The notes under the pieces are model-generated. The model had not been told where the DNA came from. It worked only from the letters and a program-made list of their open reading frames with translations, and did no database searches. The position numbers and the translations under genes were made by a program. Below, piece by piece: positions 41,250 through 50,339 of a stretch of 64,000 nt of DNA. Origin of the DNA: an uncultured Clostridia bacterium (GTDB taxonomy: Bacteria; Acidobacteriota; Blastocatellia; UBA7656; JADIYM01); contig CAZQBW010000001.1 of NCBI GenBank assembly GCA_964591515.1, forward strand, positions 36,316 to 100,315, read 5' to 3'. The stretch's first letter is position 1; each line of letters starts with the position of its first letter.

Positions 41250-42296
41250 ATGAAATTGAGCGAGGTTGCTGCCGCGCTGGGTCTCGAGATGGGAGGCGCC
41301 AGCGAACCGGAGACCGAGATCACATCGCTAGGCAGCCTGATCGACGCGAAAGCTGGACAATTGACCTACATCGCGGAAGCCAAGCACGCACAGGGACTTG
41401 CGACAACGGGAGCATCGGCTGCAATCTGCCGGACCGAACATGCCGAGGGCGCGCGGATTCCCTGCCTCTTGAGCAAACACCCGGGGGCGGACTTTGCAAG
41501 GGCGAGTCGACTTCTGCATCCGAGGCGGCGAATGGCGGCCGGAGTGCACGACACGGCCGTCGTTGCCGAGTCGGCTACGATCGGGCACGGCGTCCACATC
41601 GGTCCGTTCGCTGTGATCGGCGAAGGCGTCATTGTTGGAGACGGCAGCGAGATCCATGCACACTCGGTCCTCTATGACGGAGTCCGCGTCGGCCTCGATA
41701 CGGTTATCTACGGCGGCTGTGTCATCAGAGAAGGCTCGACCATTGGTGACCGCTGCATCCTGCAGCCGGCCGTCGTTCTCGGAAGCGACGGTTTCGGTTT
41801 CGCGCGCGATGGCGACGGACACTACGAGAAGATCGAGCAACTCGGCGTTGTGGTCGTCGAGGACGACGTCGAAATTGGCGCCGCAACCACTGTCGACCGG
41901 GCCACTTTCGGCGAGACGCGAATCCGCCGCGGTGCCAAGATCGACAACCTCGTCCAGATCGGCCACAACGTGGTCGTCGGAGAAGACACGATTCTCTGCG
42001 CACAGGTCGGCCTTGCCGGATCGACGATCGTCGGTCGCGGTGTGACGCTCGCGGGACAGGTCGGAGTGGCAGGACATTGCGAGATTGGCGACGGCGTCAT
42101 AGCGACGGCACAGACCGGCATTCCCAACTCGGTCGAGGCGGGCAAAGTCGTTTCAGGCTACCCGGCTATCGAGAATCGGGCGTGGCTCAAGTCCTCGGCT
42201 GTCTTCAACAAACTGCCGGAGCTGCAGAAGGCGGTGCGAAGACTCGAAAGGGGGCTCGCTGATCGTGCCGGAGACGACGAATCCGGAGTTCTGTGA
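41250..42296 (+). CDS. lpxD: UDP-3-O-acylglucosamine N-acyltransferase
   Basis: Hexapeptide-repeat left-handed beta-helix. LpxD N-terminal region. Confidence 0.85.
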   Translation: MKLSEVAAALGLEMGGASEPETEITSLGSLIDAKAGQLTYIAEAKHAQGLATTGASAAICRTEHAEGARIPCLLSKHPGADFARASRLLHPRRRMAAGVHDTAVVAESATIGHGVHIGPFAVIGEGVIVGDGSEIHAHSVLYDGVRVGLDTVIYGGCVIREGSTIGDRCILQPAVVLGSDGFGFARDGDGHYEKIEQLGVVVVEDDVEIGAATTVDRATFGETRIRRGAKIDNLVQIGHNVVVGEDTILCAQVGLAGSTIVGRGVTLAGQVGVAGHCEIGDGVIATAQTGIPNSVEAGKVVSGYPAIENRAWLKSSAVFNKLPELQKAVRRLERGLADRAGDDESGVL

Positions 42297-42377
42297 TCTC
42301 TGTGTCTCTATGCTCTCTGTATGGCAACGCCTATGCCGTTGGCATACTGAGAGCACGGAGTCACGGAGACCACAGAG
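42291..42377. repeat. CACAGAG-family palindromic element (contains ctctctgtatggcaacgcc, near-identical to the end of the 6798..6900 copy)
   Basis: Read in sequence. Overlaps the lpxD stop. Lies between convergent genes. Confidence 0.55.
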
Positions 42378-42395
42378 CCGAGACGTTCTCGGTCC

Positions 42396-44873
42396 CTACT
42401 GCAATACGACCGGTGCGGTGAAGATGCCAGAGATGAAGACTCGAACAGCAACCGGCTTTGCTTGAAGGAGTTGCGGTAGTCGCGAGTCTTTGCCGACCAG
42501 TCGGCTGCTCGTTCCGTCCGTCCCGACAAAACGCGGCGGAGCTTTCACTGATCCGAGGGCAGTCTCGCCAACGAAGATCTCCCCACCCGTAGCCGGCAAG
42601 CGCAGTCCGTCGACCGTCAGCTTCTTGCCGCTCGTGGCGAACCTGGCGGATCCAAGAACTGGAGCAAACGGATCCAGCGCGTCCACGGCGGCTGACGATG
42701 CTGTCGCCATCGATTCGATTCCCTCTCCATCAACGAAATCGACCCGCACAGTAGCCGATGCGAGCATCAGGCCATTCACGATTGCTGGCGCGGCCGACTG
42801 ACCGAGCACGAAAGCTGACTTGGATCCCGTGGCCCAGTCGCCGTCCCCGTCAAGATCCACTCGGAGCACGGCGCCGATCGCATCGCGATCCGGCTGAGCA
42901 TCTGCCGCGTGTGCGTCTGCGTCGGAATCCGTTCGAGCTCGCAGACGAAGCGTCCCCGTTCCGGAGCGCGGATTCTGCATGATTCCGATCTCGCCAGACG
43001 ACGTCACGCCAAGATCAACGGTGCCGGAACCATCCCGATCCACCCATACCGCCGACGTCAGGTCCGCAGGCAGAGAGAAGCGCGCCGTCGCGTCGTCGAA
43101 TCCGTTCGCACCGCGATTGCGAAGCACGTGGATGCCGTCCTGCCCACCCTCGACGAGCAGGTCCGTATCGCCGTCGGCATCGTAATCCGCCGGCAATACT
43201 CGAGTTCCCCCCGCAAGCCCCCCGATCGCAAGCTCCGACGTAACGTCGAGAAAACGAAGTTCGCCTCCAACACCGGCGAGCACCAGATTCCCTGCCAGAC
43301 GCGTCGCAACGACGTCGAGCCATCCGTCTCCGGTCACGTCCGCCCACGCAACGGCCGACGCGGGAAAGCTCACGGCAGATCCGAACGCCGTCGACTCGTC
43401 AACCATTCTTCCTTCGGTGTAGCTATAGACTCGAAGTCCGGCTCCGGTCGCGACCAGCAGCCGCGGTCCCCCGGCAAGCCCCGTTACCGGCCCCGTTGGC
43501 GCGCTCCACGTCGACGAAGCATCGACGAAGCCGTCCGCCGTGTTCTTCAGTGCGAGCAGTCCCGTCGACCCGCCAGCCACGACATCGAGACGACCGTCCC
43601 GGTCGACGTCCATCCAGACGACCGCGCGCGGGTCCGCGAATCGGGGAAGAGATGTCGGCGCGCCGACACTGGTGAACGAACCGAGCCCATCGTTACGCCA
43701 GATGCTCGTCGCATTGACAGCGAGCACCGCGAGATCCGGAGTCCCGTCGCCATCGGCGTCGCCCCAGGCGAGCGCGCGAACATCGCCGGGAAGCGTCAAT
43801 CCAGAGGCCTCGGTCGATTCGGTGAACGTCCCGTCGGCCTCCTGCAGGTAGAGGAGGACGCCTCCTGCGCTGCGGCCAACCACGACGTCCTGACGGCCGT
43901 CGCCGTCGACATCGGCCCAGGCCTGTCGCTGAAAGTCGCCGCCGAGAGGCGCCTCCGCGATTGGCACCGCCGTGGACAGCCCAAGCGGCGCGATCGTGAG
44001 GTTAGACCGCGACTGATCGGTTCGCTCGGTACCACCAGTGTCCACTACAACGACCCGGATCCGGGCATCGGTCGTGGCGAGGGCCTCGGGAATGGTCCAC
44101 ACGAATGACCGTGCGGTCGCCGGCAGATTGTCTGCCAGGACGGACGGGTAATTCTCGCCGCCGTCCGTCGAGAGCAGAACACGGAAATAGGATGGCGTGG
44201 CAGAGTCGCCATCGGTTGCGCTCCAGCGAATGACTACGCGCTCACCCGATCCGAGCGGACTGCCAGTCGTCGGCGATTCGAGTCGGACGCGAACAAAGCG
44301 TGTTAATCCATCGATAGTTACGCTCGTTGTGTAAATGTAATCGTAGAAGTCCGTGTGGTCACCGTTGGCCGCATTTCCAGCTGCGTAGAACGTCACGGGT
44401 CCGAGGTCGGTCGATGGCGCTTTCCAGACCATTGACCAGGATACTTCTCCGCGTGATCCGTCATAGGTCCCAGTCAAGGTGTGCTGTGCGTAATACCGGC
44501 CAAGACGCTGCGAAGGCCCGAGTGCCGAGACCGAGAGCGTGCTCGACTGGAAGAAGCCCGCGGCGTGACCGAGTTCGTCGATGGCCGTGATCTGGAATCC
44601 CCACTTCTTGGCCAGCGGATCCGAGACCCTAACGGTCACTGGGTACGTCTGGCCGGGTGTGTACTGTGTCGGAAGTCCCTCGATCGCCACACGGCCGGGG
44701 CCGGAATCGAGTGGATAGGTCCGGTGGCACGTATTGCACGCCACCTCGCTGGGCGCACCGGTCCGCTCGAGAAAGGGTCCGGTCGACAGCGCTTCCACCG
44801 ACTCGGACGACGACATCAGTACGACCGCGGCTACCGCAAAGACGAGAAGGGCGAGTGACTTCAGTAGTTTCAT
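42396..44873 (-). CDS. Secreted FG-GAP/VCBS-repeat protein with N-terminal CxxCH motif (CNTCH)
   Basis: Signal peptide MKLLKSLALLVFAVAAVVL. Repeated D.DGDG..D motifs (DVDGDGRQDVVVG, GDADGDGTPDL, DVDRDGRLDVV, DVTGDGWLDVV, DYDADGDTDLL). Confidence 0.75.
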   Translation of the reverse strand: MKLLKSLALLVFAVAAVVLMSSSESVEALSTGPFLERTGAPSEVACNTCHRTYPLDSGPGRVAIEGLPTQYTPGQTYPVTVRVSDPLAKKWGFQITAIDELGHAAGFFQSSTLSVSALGPSQRLGRYYAQHTLTGTYDGSRGEVSWSMVWKAPSTDLGPVTFYAAGNAANGDHTDFYDYIYTTSVTIDGLTRFVRVRLESPTTGSPLGSGERVVIRWSATDGDSATPSYFRVLLSTDGGENYPSVLADNLPATARSFVWTIPEALATTDARIRVVVVDTGGTERTDQSRSNLTIAPLGLSTAVPIAEAPLGGDFQRQAWADVDGDGRQDVVVGRSAGGVLLYLQEADGTFTESTEASGLTLPGDVRALAWGDADGDGTPDLAVLAVNATSIWRNDGLGSFTSVGAPTSLPRFADPRAVVWMDVDRDGRLDVVAGGSTGLLALKNTADGFVDASSTWSAPTGPVTGLAGGPRLLVATGAGLRVYSYTEGRMVDESTAFGSAVSFPASAVAWADVTGDGWLDVVATRLAGNLVLAGVGGELRFLDVTSELAIGGLAGGTRVLPADYDADGDTDLLVEGGQDGIHVLRNRGANGFDDATARFSLPADLTSAVWVDRDGSGTVDLGVTSSGEIGIMQNPRSGTGTLRLRARTDSDADAHAADAQPDRDAIGAVLRVDLDGDGDWATGSKSAFVLGQSAAPAIVNGLMLASATVRVDFVDGEGIESMATASSAAVDALDPFAPVLGSARFATSGKKLTVDGLRLPATGGEIFVGETALGSVKAPPRFVGTDGTSSRLVGKDSRLPQLLQAKPVAVRVFISGIFTAPVVLQ

Positions 44874-44925
44874 GATCGCCGGGAATGGTACCACGACGCG
44901 TCGCGAACGAACCTCGGTGCTCAAG

Positions 44926-44995
44926 GGGACTCTGAGCTCTCTGTATGCCGACGGTAACTCCAGTGGGGTACTTAGAGCACCGAGACCCTGAGTCC
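44926..44995. repeat. Degenerate CACAGAG/CTCTGTA-type inverted repeat upstream of the 42396..44873 gene
   Basis: ggactctgagctctctgta ... tagagcaccgagaccctgagtcc. Confidence 0.35.
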
Positions 44996-45048
44996 GCAGG
45001 GCGCGAATTTGACGGCCTCCGCTGCATACCTGTACCCTTCGCCACCTT

Positions 45049-45597
45049 ATGGCGATAAAGGTTGAACATCAGTCCTCCATCGAAGTGAAAGATCTGGACT
45101 CTCAGGTGCAGGCGGCCATCGAGTGTCTGCCGATCGAGCACCTACGCGGATTCAGTCGTATCCGGTTCGTCGACCGTATCGAGGATTCCCGACTTCCGCA
45201 GGACCTTCTCAAGGGTCTTCCGGCGCTCTACCGTCCAAAGCAGCCAGGGCACGCGTCCGCTTTTGGCGACGTTGCTCTGATGGTGCTCCAGCCGCAGGAC
45301 CTGAACTGGTTCAAGCGGCTGGCGGCGAAGGCACAGTTGAAGGCGCTGATCGCGCAATCGGTGATGTCGCTCGTGGCTCAACATTACCTGGTCACTGTTT
45401 CGAGCAAGAAGAAGAAGGGTCCGGAGATCGAGCGGGCCGTTCGCGAGTACGTCGAGCGATACTTCAAGGTGTGGCGGGGTCGTCAGTCCGGCTGGCGGGC
45501 CCGTCTTTTCCGTCCGCTCGTGCCCTACCTCGAGAAGTGGCAGAAGTCCGCTCGCAAATACCAGCTCGAGCAGGCGCGCAAGAAAGCCGGGAAATAG
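45049..45597 (+). CDS. Hypothetical basic protein (182 aa)
   Basis: ORF only. K/R-rich C-terminus. Confidence 0.4.
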   Translation: MAIKVEHQSSIEVKDLDSQVQAAIECLPIEHLRGFSRIRFVDRIEDSRLPQDLLKGLPALYRPKQPGHASAFGDVALMVLQPQDLNWFKRLAAKAQLKALIAQSVMSLVAQHYLVTVSSKKKKGPEIERAVREYVERYFKVWRGRQSGWRARLFRPLVPYLEKWQKSARKYQLEQARKKAGK

Positions 45598-45742
45598 CAG
45601 AATTGGCAGAGTGAATGGACAGGATTGCAGGTATTTCCGGGGATTAGCAGGATCTGTCTTGGTCCTTTGAACTCACCGCGAAGAACCTAAGGCAGATCCT
45701 GACAAGCCTCGGAAAATCCTGAAATCCTGTCCACTCACTCAC

Positions 45743-47716
45743 TCACACGGCGACGTACTTTGACCCGGCGCGCTGCAGGCGCAGAACCGTGGCGGATCCG
45801 TCCGGATTCGTGACCTGAAGGAACCTCACAGCACCGGAAGGCCAGAATTGGCTGAGCTTTAGCCCTCCAATCTTTCCTTTCTGCGTGAGCTTCATGCCAG
45901 AACCGGCGACCTTCGCCGGCGAGTCGAAAGAGACCCAGGCGCCAGTCGGATCCGTAGCCGAGACCGTGGAGCCCTGCGCAAAGAGCCGGGTTGCCCCAGT
46001 GATGACCCGAAGTCGAAGGCCCTCATTGTTCACGACCTTGTCGCGATTGATCTCCGCGCCGGGAGCCATCACGTCTCGAGCATCGGACGCCATCACCACT
46101 CCGAATGCCGGTCCAATCAGATCGGGATTTGGCCGCCCGTGCCCGGTTGTGATCCATCCCTTCAGGTCGACGAGCTCACGCGGCGCGCGACGGTAGACAA
46201 GCTGCGCAGATATCGATACCGGATCAAAGCCGTCAGGGAGCGCGAAAGCATATTCGCTCCAATCCGTGGCACCTGCGGGAATTCGATTGTCCGAGACGAT
46301 TCGTGTGGCTTCCGTGAAGAAGACTCCTGATTCGTTCTCGTTGCCGAAGATCTTTGCGAACGCCTTGCCGGGCTGCCCTGCATAGTAGCCCTGTGCAGGA
46401 TCTCCAACGCCACCTATCGAAGGAACCGTCTCGGATCCTTCTGCAACGAATTCGAGTCCAGAGCCGAAGGCGTCCGATGCTCTGACGAGCAATATGGCGT
46501 GCCGGATCGCCTGTCCCCCCGGAAGGTCGTGCCCCGTACGGTCGTTCGTCACCGCAATCGAGACGCGAAGTGTTGATCCATCACGTCGTCCAATCGCACG
46601 TAAGGTCGCGGCATTCTGGACAAATTCGACTGTAGTACCCTCGAAATCGTGCGAGTAGACCTGCGACGGATCTCGAGTGACTGGCTGGTACTGCTCGCAC
46701 ATTGCACGATCGCCCTTCGGCGCCATGTGGCAATCCATGCACGTCTTCATCCCGGCTCCCGGGACCGCGTACGGGCTCGCAAGCCACTCGGACCAGGTCT
46801 CTTCGCTGACCACACTGCCTTCATCGAGGTAGTCGAGGTCGAAATCGTGGTCGTTGTTGTCTTCGTGGCACGCAGCACACAGTAGTCCGGTAGTGTGAAT
46901 CTTGCTGTAGGAGGCCCGCATCACGCCCGGGAAGTTCGGCGCTGAATCCGGCAGCGGGCCGAAAATCGTCTCGCGCGACGAGCGAGCCATCATCATTCCC
47001 TGCACGCCCGGCAGCTTGACGTTCGAGATGTCGTAGGTCTTGTGACAGACGTCGCAGGACACGCCGAATTCTCGGGCAAATGGAGTGATCTCGGAGAAGT
47101 CGGTGTTGTCTCCAGGATTCTTCGCGGAGTCCATCGGCGCGTGGCACTCAGCACAGTCTCCCTTGAACCCGGGGTGGACGTCCTTGTAGACGAACCCATT
47201 CCCTCCGGTTCCGGGTGTGCCTTGTCCGTCGTACATGTCGCGAACCCAGGTGTTCTTCGCGGCATTCCTGTGCGCCGAGTCCTGCCAGTACTCGAACAGC
47301 GTACCGTGGCAGAGGCGACAGTCCTGCGGGCTCGTGAACTCGTAAGTCGGGTCGTCGGCAAGCACCGCCGGAGCGAGCGCCAGCTCGAGGCCAGAATCGC
47401 CAACGAGAACCGACAGTTTCGCGTTGTAGTAGCTCGCGTGGGTCGCCTCGCCATTCAGCGCTCCGGCCGCGATCGTGACTGCGGCGCCGGCTTCTCGCGT
47501 GGTACGTAACGTGAACGTGCCATCGGCGCCCGACGTCGTCTGCTCGGTAAGGCTCGCCTGAATGCGGACGTCGGCGTTCGGAATCGGCGTGCGAGTTGCC
47601 GAGTCGATCACCTTCCCGGTGATGGTCTGCTGCGGCGCCGCGAACTCGACGGCCCAAGGCCCGAACATCAGTCCGAGCCAGAGAATGGCGAAGGCAAAGA
47701 ACGAGACTCTCTTCAT
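45743..47716 (-). CDS. Secreted multiheme cytochrome c (five CxxCH) with N-terminal carboxypeptidase-regulatory-like domain
   Basis: Signal peptide. ITGKVIDSATRTPIPNADVRI. Heme motifs CRLCH, CAECH, CDVCH, CAACH, CMDCH. Confidence 0.8.
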   Translation of the reverse strand: MKRVSFFAFAILWLGLMFGPWAVEFAAPQQTITGKVIDSATRTPIPNADVRIQASLTEQTTSGADGTFTLRTTREAGAAVTIAAGALNGEATHASYYNAKLSVLVGDSGLELALAPAVLADDPTYEFTSPQDCRLCHGTLFEYWQDSAHRNAAKNTWVRDMYDGQGTPGTGGNGFVYKDVHPGFKGDCAECHAPMDSAKNPGDNTDFSEITPFAREFGVSCDVCHKTYDISNVKLPGVQGMMMARSSRETIFGPLPDSAPNFPGVMRASYSKIHTTGLLCAACHEDNNDHDFDLDYLDEGSVVSEETWSEWLASPYAVPGAGMKTCMDCHMAPKGDRAMCEQYQPVTRDPSQVYSHDFEGTTVEFVQNAATLRAIGRRDGSTLRVSIAVTNDRTGHDLPGGQAIRHAILLVRASDAFGSGLEFVAEGSETVPSIGGVGDPAQGYYAGQPGKAFAKIFGNENESGVFFTEATRIVSDNRIPAGATDWSEYAFALPDGFDPVSISAQLVYRRAPRELVDLKGWITTGHGRPNPDLIGPAFGVVMASDARDVMAPGAEINRDKVVNNEGLRLRVITGATRLFAQGSTVSATDPTGAWVSFDSPAKVAGSGMKLTQKGKIGGLKLSQFWPSGAVRFLQVTNPDGSATVLRLQRAGSKYVAV

Positions 47717-47725
47717 TGATTGAGG

Positions 47726-50038
47726 CTAGGGAGCGACGGCCATCGCAGGGCTAGAATAGGCCGGACCTGGATTGACGGCCCTGACGGTGAGAACGGCACC
47801 TGACGGTTGACCTGGAATCGTCGCCCGAAGCTTCGTCCCGCTCTTTCGAACGACCGAGATCGTCGGGATTTCCACACCGCTCGCGTTGGCTACCGTGACA
47901 GTGGATCCTGCGAGGAAGTCAGCTCCCTTCACTGTCAGCCTCAGGTTTGCTCCCTTCTTCTGCAGCTTGATGAACGTTATCGACGGACCCCTGAGCGTTA
48001 TCGCCGAAACGCCGATCGACGCATCGGATCCGGGGTTCTTGACCCGAGCCGTCACGAGTCCAGGCGTATTGCGCACCTCGGGTGCGTCATCGAGGCTGAC
48101 ACGCAGTTCCTTGTTGTTGATGAAGGTCGTCTGTACCTCCACGCCGTTCAGTATCGCCTTCGCTCCGGCCACGTACAGACCGTCCGACTGATCGGTTTCG
48201 CAGAGCAGCGTCAACTGAATTCCAGTCTGTCCCGCGTAGTACACCGTCGACGCCGGTGACACCGTCACCCTCGTCAGGCAGGGAGTGCCGGCGGGCCCGC
48301 GACCGGCGCGCAAACTGAATTCCTTTCCCGACAGGATGTACAGCTCGCCCGCATCGCGGCAGCAGTTGCCGAGTCCGTCACCGCCCATTCCATTTGGCAT
48401 GAGATCGGTGAAGCCGTCGCCGTCAAAGTCGCCGACAGTAAATGAGTAGGCGAACATGTCGCCCGGATCCGCGGCGATCACCTGATATACAGACACGGAG
48501 GCCGGCGGATTCGCCAGGTCGACGACCGTCGGCAGCCGGTCAGCATCGCCGAAGATCACCTTGATGTCGCCGGCTTCGGGGCGAGATGCCGGATCGTAGG
48601 TCGGACTCGCGAAGATCATCTCGTCGAGTCCGTCGGCATTGACGTCTGCGAGCGCGATCGTGTCTGACCCGATGTCACCTGCGGCCTCGCCATAGATGCG
48701 CGTCATTCGCGGTTCGGTCGTTCCGAGAGCGCGAGTGTCGACCCGCTCGCCCCGAGATATGAACGTACCCCAGAAGATGTAGCCTACGCCGCTGTCGTTT
48801 CGCGGCGGAACGCCCGGAGTTCCGGACGGCGCGCTTGCCGTGAGTGCTCCGACCGCAAGTTCGATCTGGCCGTCGCCGTCGAAGTCGCCGACGCGCACAT
48901 CCTCGCCGAAGTGATCACCGCCGTTCTGCCCGTAATAGATCGCCACGTCGGCTGTCGGGTTCGACAACTCCATGGTCGCCGGCCAGTTCGTCCGCCCGTA
49001 GATGATGTAGACCTCGCCAGCCTCGGTCCGGTCGTTGCTGGGTCCGCCGCCGCCGCCAAGTCCGTTGGAGCAGAATGCGCCAGCAGGCTCTTCTACCTTT
49101 GCCGTCGGAAACGCGCCGGAGCGGGCCAGGCCGGCGGAACAGACGATGTCGTCGATTCCGTCCCTGTCAAAGTCACCTGAAGTGATACATGAGCCGAAGT
49201 GGTCACAATCATCGACACCATAGATGATCGAAATGTCCAGACTTGCGAGTTGACTTGAGCTTCCGAGGTCGATCTGAGCCGGTAGAGTCGGCCCGCCGGG
49301 AATGATGTAGAGCTTTCCACGTGCTGATCCGATTCCAGCTGAGCTCTTCGCAAGGTCGGCTGAAACGAGGATGTCGTTCGTCCCGTCGCCGTTCACGTCG
49401 CCGTACGACGGCCAGAATCCGCAGCGTTCGCCCGCAACTGCGCCAATGATCTCGGTCACACCCGTCATCGGAGTGCCCGCAAGGTCAATCGTCTCGGGCC
49501 AGGTCGTTCTGCCGTTGATGACGTAGAGCTTGCCGGCCAGCGGACGGCTCGAATCGGTGCCTAGGCCATCGGCGTTCTGCGCCCCGACGAGAATGTCCTC
49601 CAGTCCGTCGCCGGTCACGTCGCCGGTCTCCACCTCGTTTCCAAGAAAATCGCCCGCTCGTGCGCCAAAAATCGTCGTGTGAGTACCGGGGGCCGCCGTC
49701 AAATCGGTCACGGTGCCGGAGATGGAATCCGGGGCGCCGAAATGGACCTGTAGCTCGCCTGCACGCGGTCGCACGTTGCCCGGTCCCGAGGGAGCGAGAA
49801 ATGGAGCGAGGATGGCATCGTCATCGCCGTCGCCGTCGAGATCGCCGGAAGCGCACGGCATCCCGAGGGTCGTGCCGTCCGGGTCGGAGTTGTAGATCGA
49901 CCTCTGACCGGTTTGCGCGGTGGTCTTGATGTCCCAGATCATCGTCGTCGCGCGCTCATCGGCTCGAGCCTGTCGCGCTGGTGCAATGACAGCAAACGCG
50001 AGGCACATCGCAACCGCAATTCCCGCAAGTCTTTTCAT
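47726..50038 (-). CDS. Secreted FG-GAP beta-propeller plus IPT-like protein, paralog of 14794..17064
   Basis: Start at MKRLAGIAVAMCLAFAVIAPA. Co-linear similarity to the 14794..17064 product (IWDIKTTAQTGQRSIYN..GDLDGDGDDDAILA vs IWDTRDTSQMGQMTVYN..GDVNGDGFDDVALA). Confidence 0.8.
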   Translation of the reverse strand: MKRLAGIAVAMCLAFAVIAPARQARADERATTMIWDIKTTAQTGQRSIYNSDPDGTTLGMPCASGDLDGDGDDDAILAPFLAPSGPGNVRPRAGELQVHFGAPDSISGTVTDLTAAPGTHTTIFGARAGDFLGNEVETGDVTGDGLEDILVGAQNADGLGTDSSRPLAGKLYVINGRTTWPETIDLAGTPMTGVTEIIGAVAGERCGFWPSYGDVNGDGTNDILVSADLAKSSAGIGSARGKLYIIPGGPTLPAQIDLGSSSQLASLDISIIYGVDDCDHFGSCITSGDFDRDGIDDIVCSAGLARSGAFPTAKVEEPAGAFCSNGLGGGGGPSNDRTEAGEVYIIYGRTNWPATMELSNPTADVAIYYGQNGGDHFGEDVRVGDFDGDGQIELAVGALTASAPSGTPGVPPRNDSGVGYIFWGTFISRGERVDTRALGTTEPRMTRIYGEAAGDIGSDTIALADVNADGLDEMIFASPTYDPASRPEAGDIKVIFGDADRLPTVVDLANPPASVSVYQVIAADPGDMFAYSFTVGDFDGDGFTDLMPNGMGGDGLGNCCRDAGELYILSGKEFSLRAGRGPAGTPCLTRVTVSPASTVYYAGQTGIQLTLLCETDQSDGLYVAGAKAILNGVEVQTTFINNKELRVSLDDAPEVRNTPGLVTARVKNPGSDASIGVSAITLRGPSITFIKLQKKGANLRLTVKGADFLAGSTVTVANASGVEIPTISVVRKSGTKLRATIPGQPSGAVLTVRAVNPGPAYSSPAMAVAP

Positions 50039-50339
50039 TTGATTCGCATCCCCAGTTGTTTGACCGGCCGAATTGTACCAGTCGGATTCAAGAGGCGGCC
50101 AAGAATGAAAGAGATACGCGGCCCTGTGCCTTCGCGGATGACCTGACACCTGGCGACGGCGAGGGGCGGCACACGCAATTGCGCACGTTGCTTTGCGAAC
50201 TGCGTTCGTCCACAGAGGCACCGCGGGACCGAGAAAGGTATTCTCTGTCGTCGTGCCGCTGCTGCCGCGCGGACTCTGACCAGGGATAGTGTTCGGGAAT
50301 CCCGGTATCCGCCGATAGACGCGGCTGATGCCAACGATT

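Noticed and set aside
42909-44108. 399-aa plus-strand ORF antisense to the VCBS/FG-GAP gene
   Set aside because: Arg-rich antisense frame.
6798-44995. Possibility that the CACAGAG repeats are a CRISPR array
   Set aside because: Copies are dispersed tens of kb apart and are inverted (palindromic) rather than direct repeats with unique spacers. No cas genes are present.
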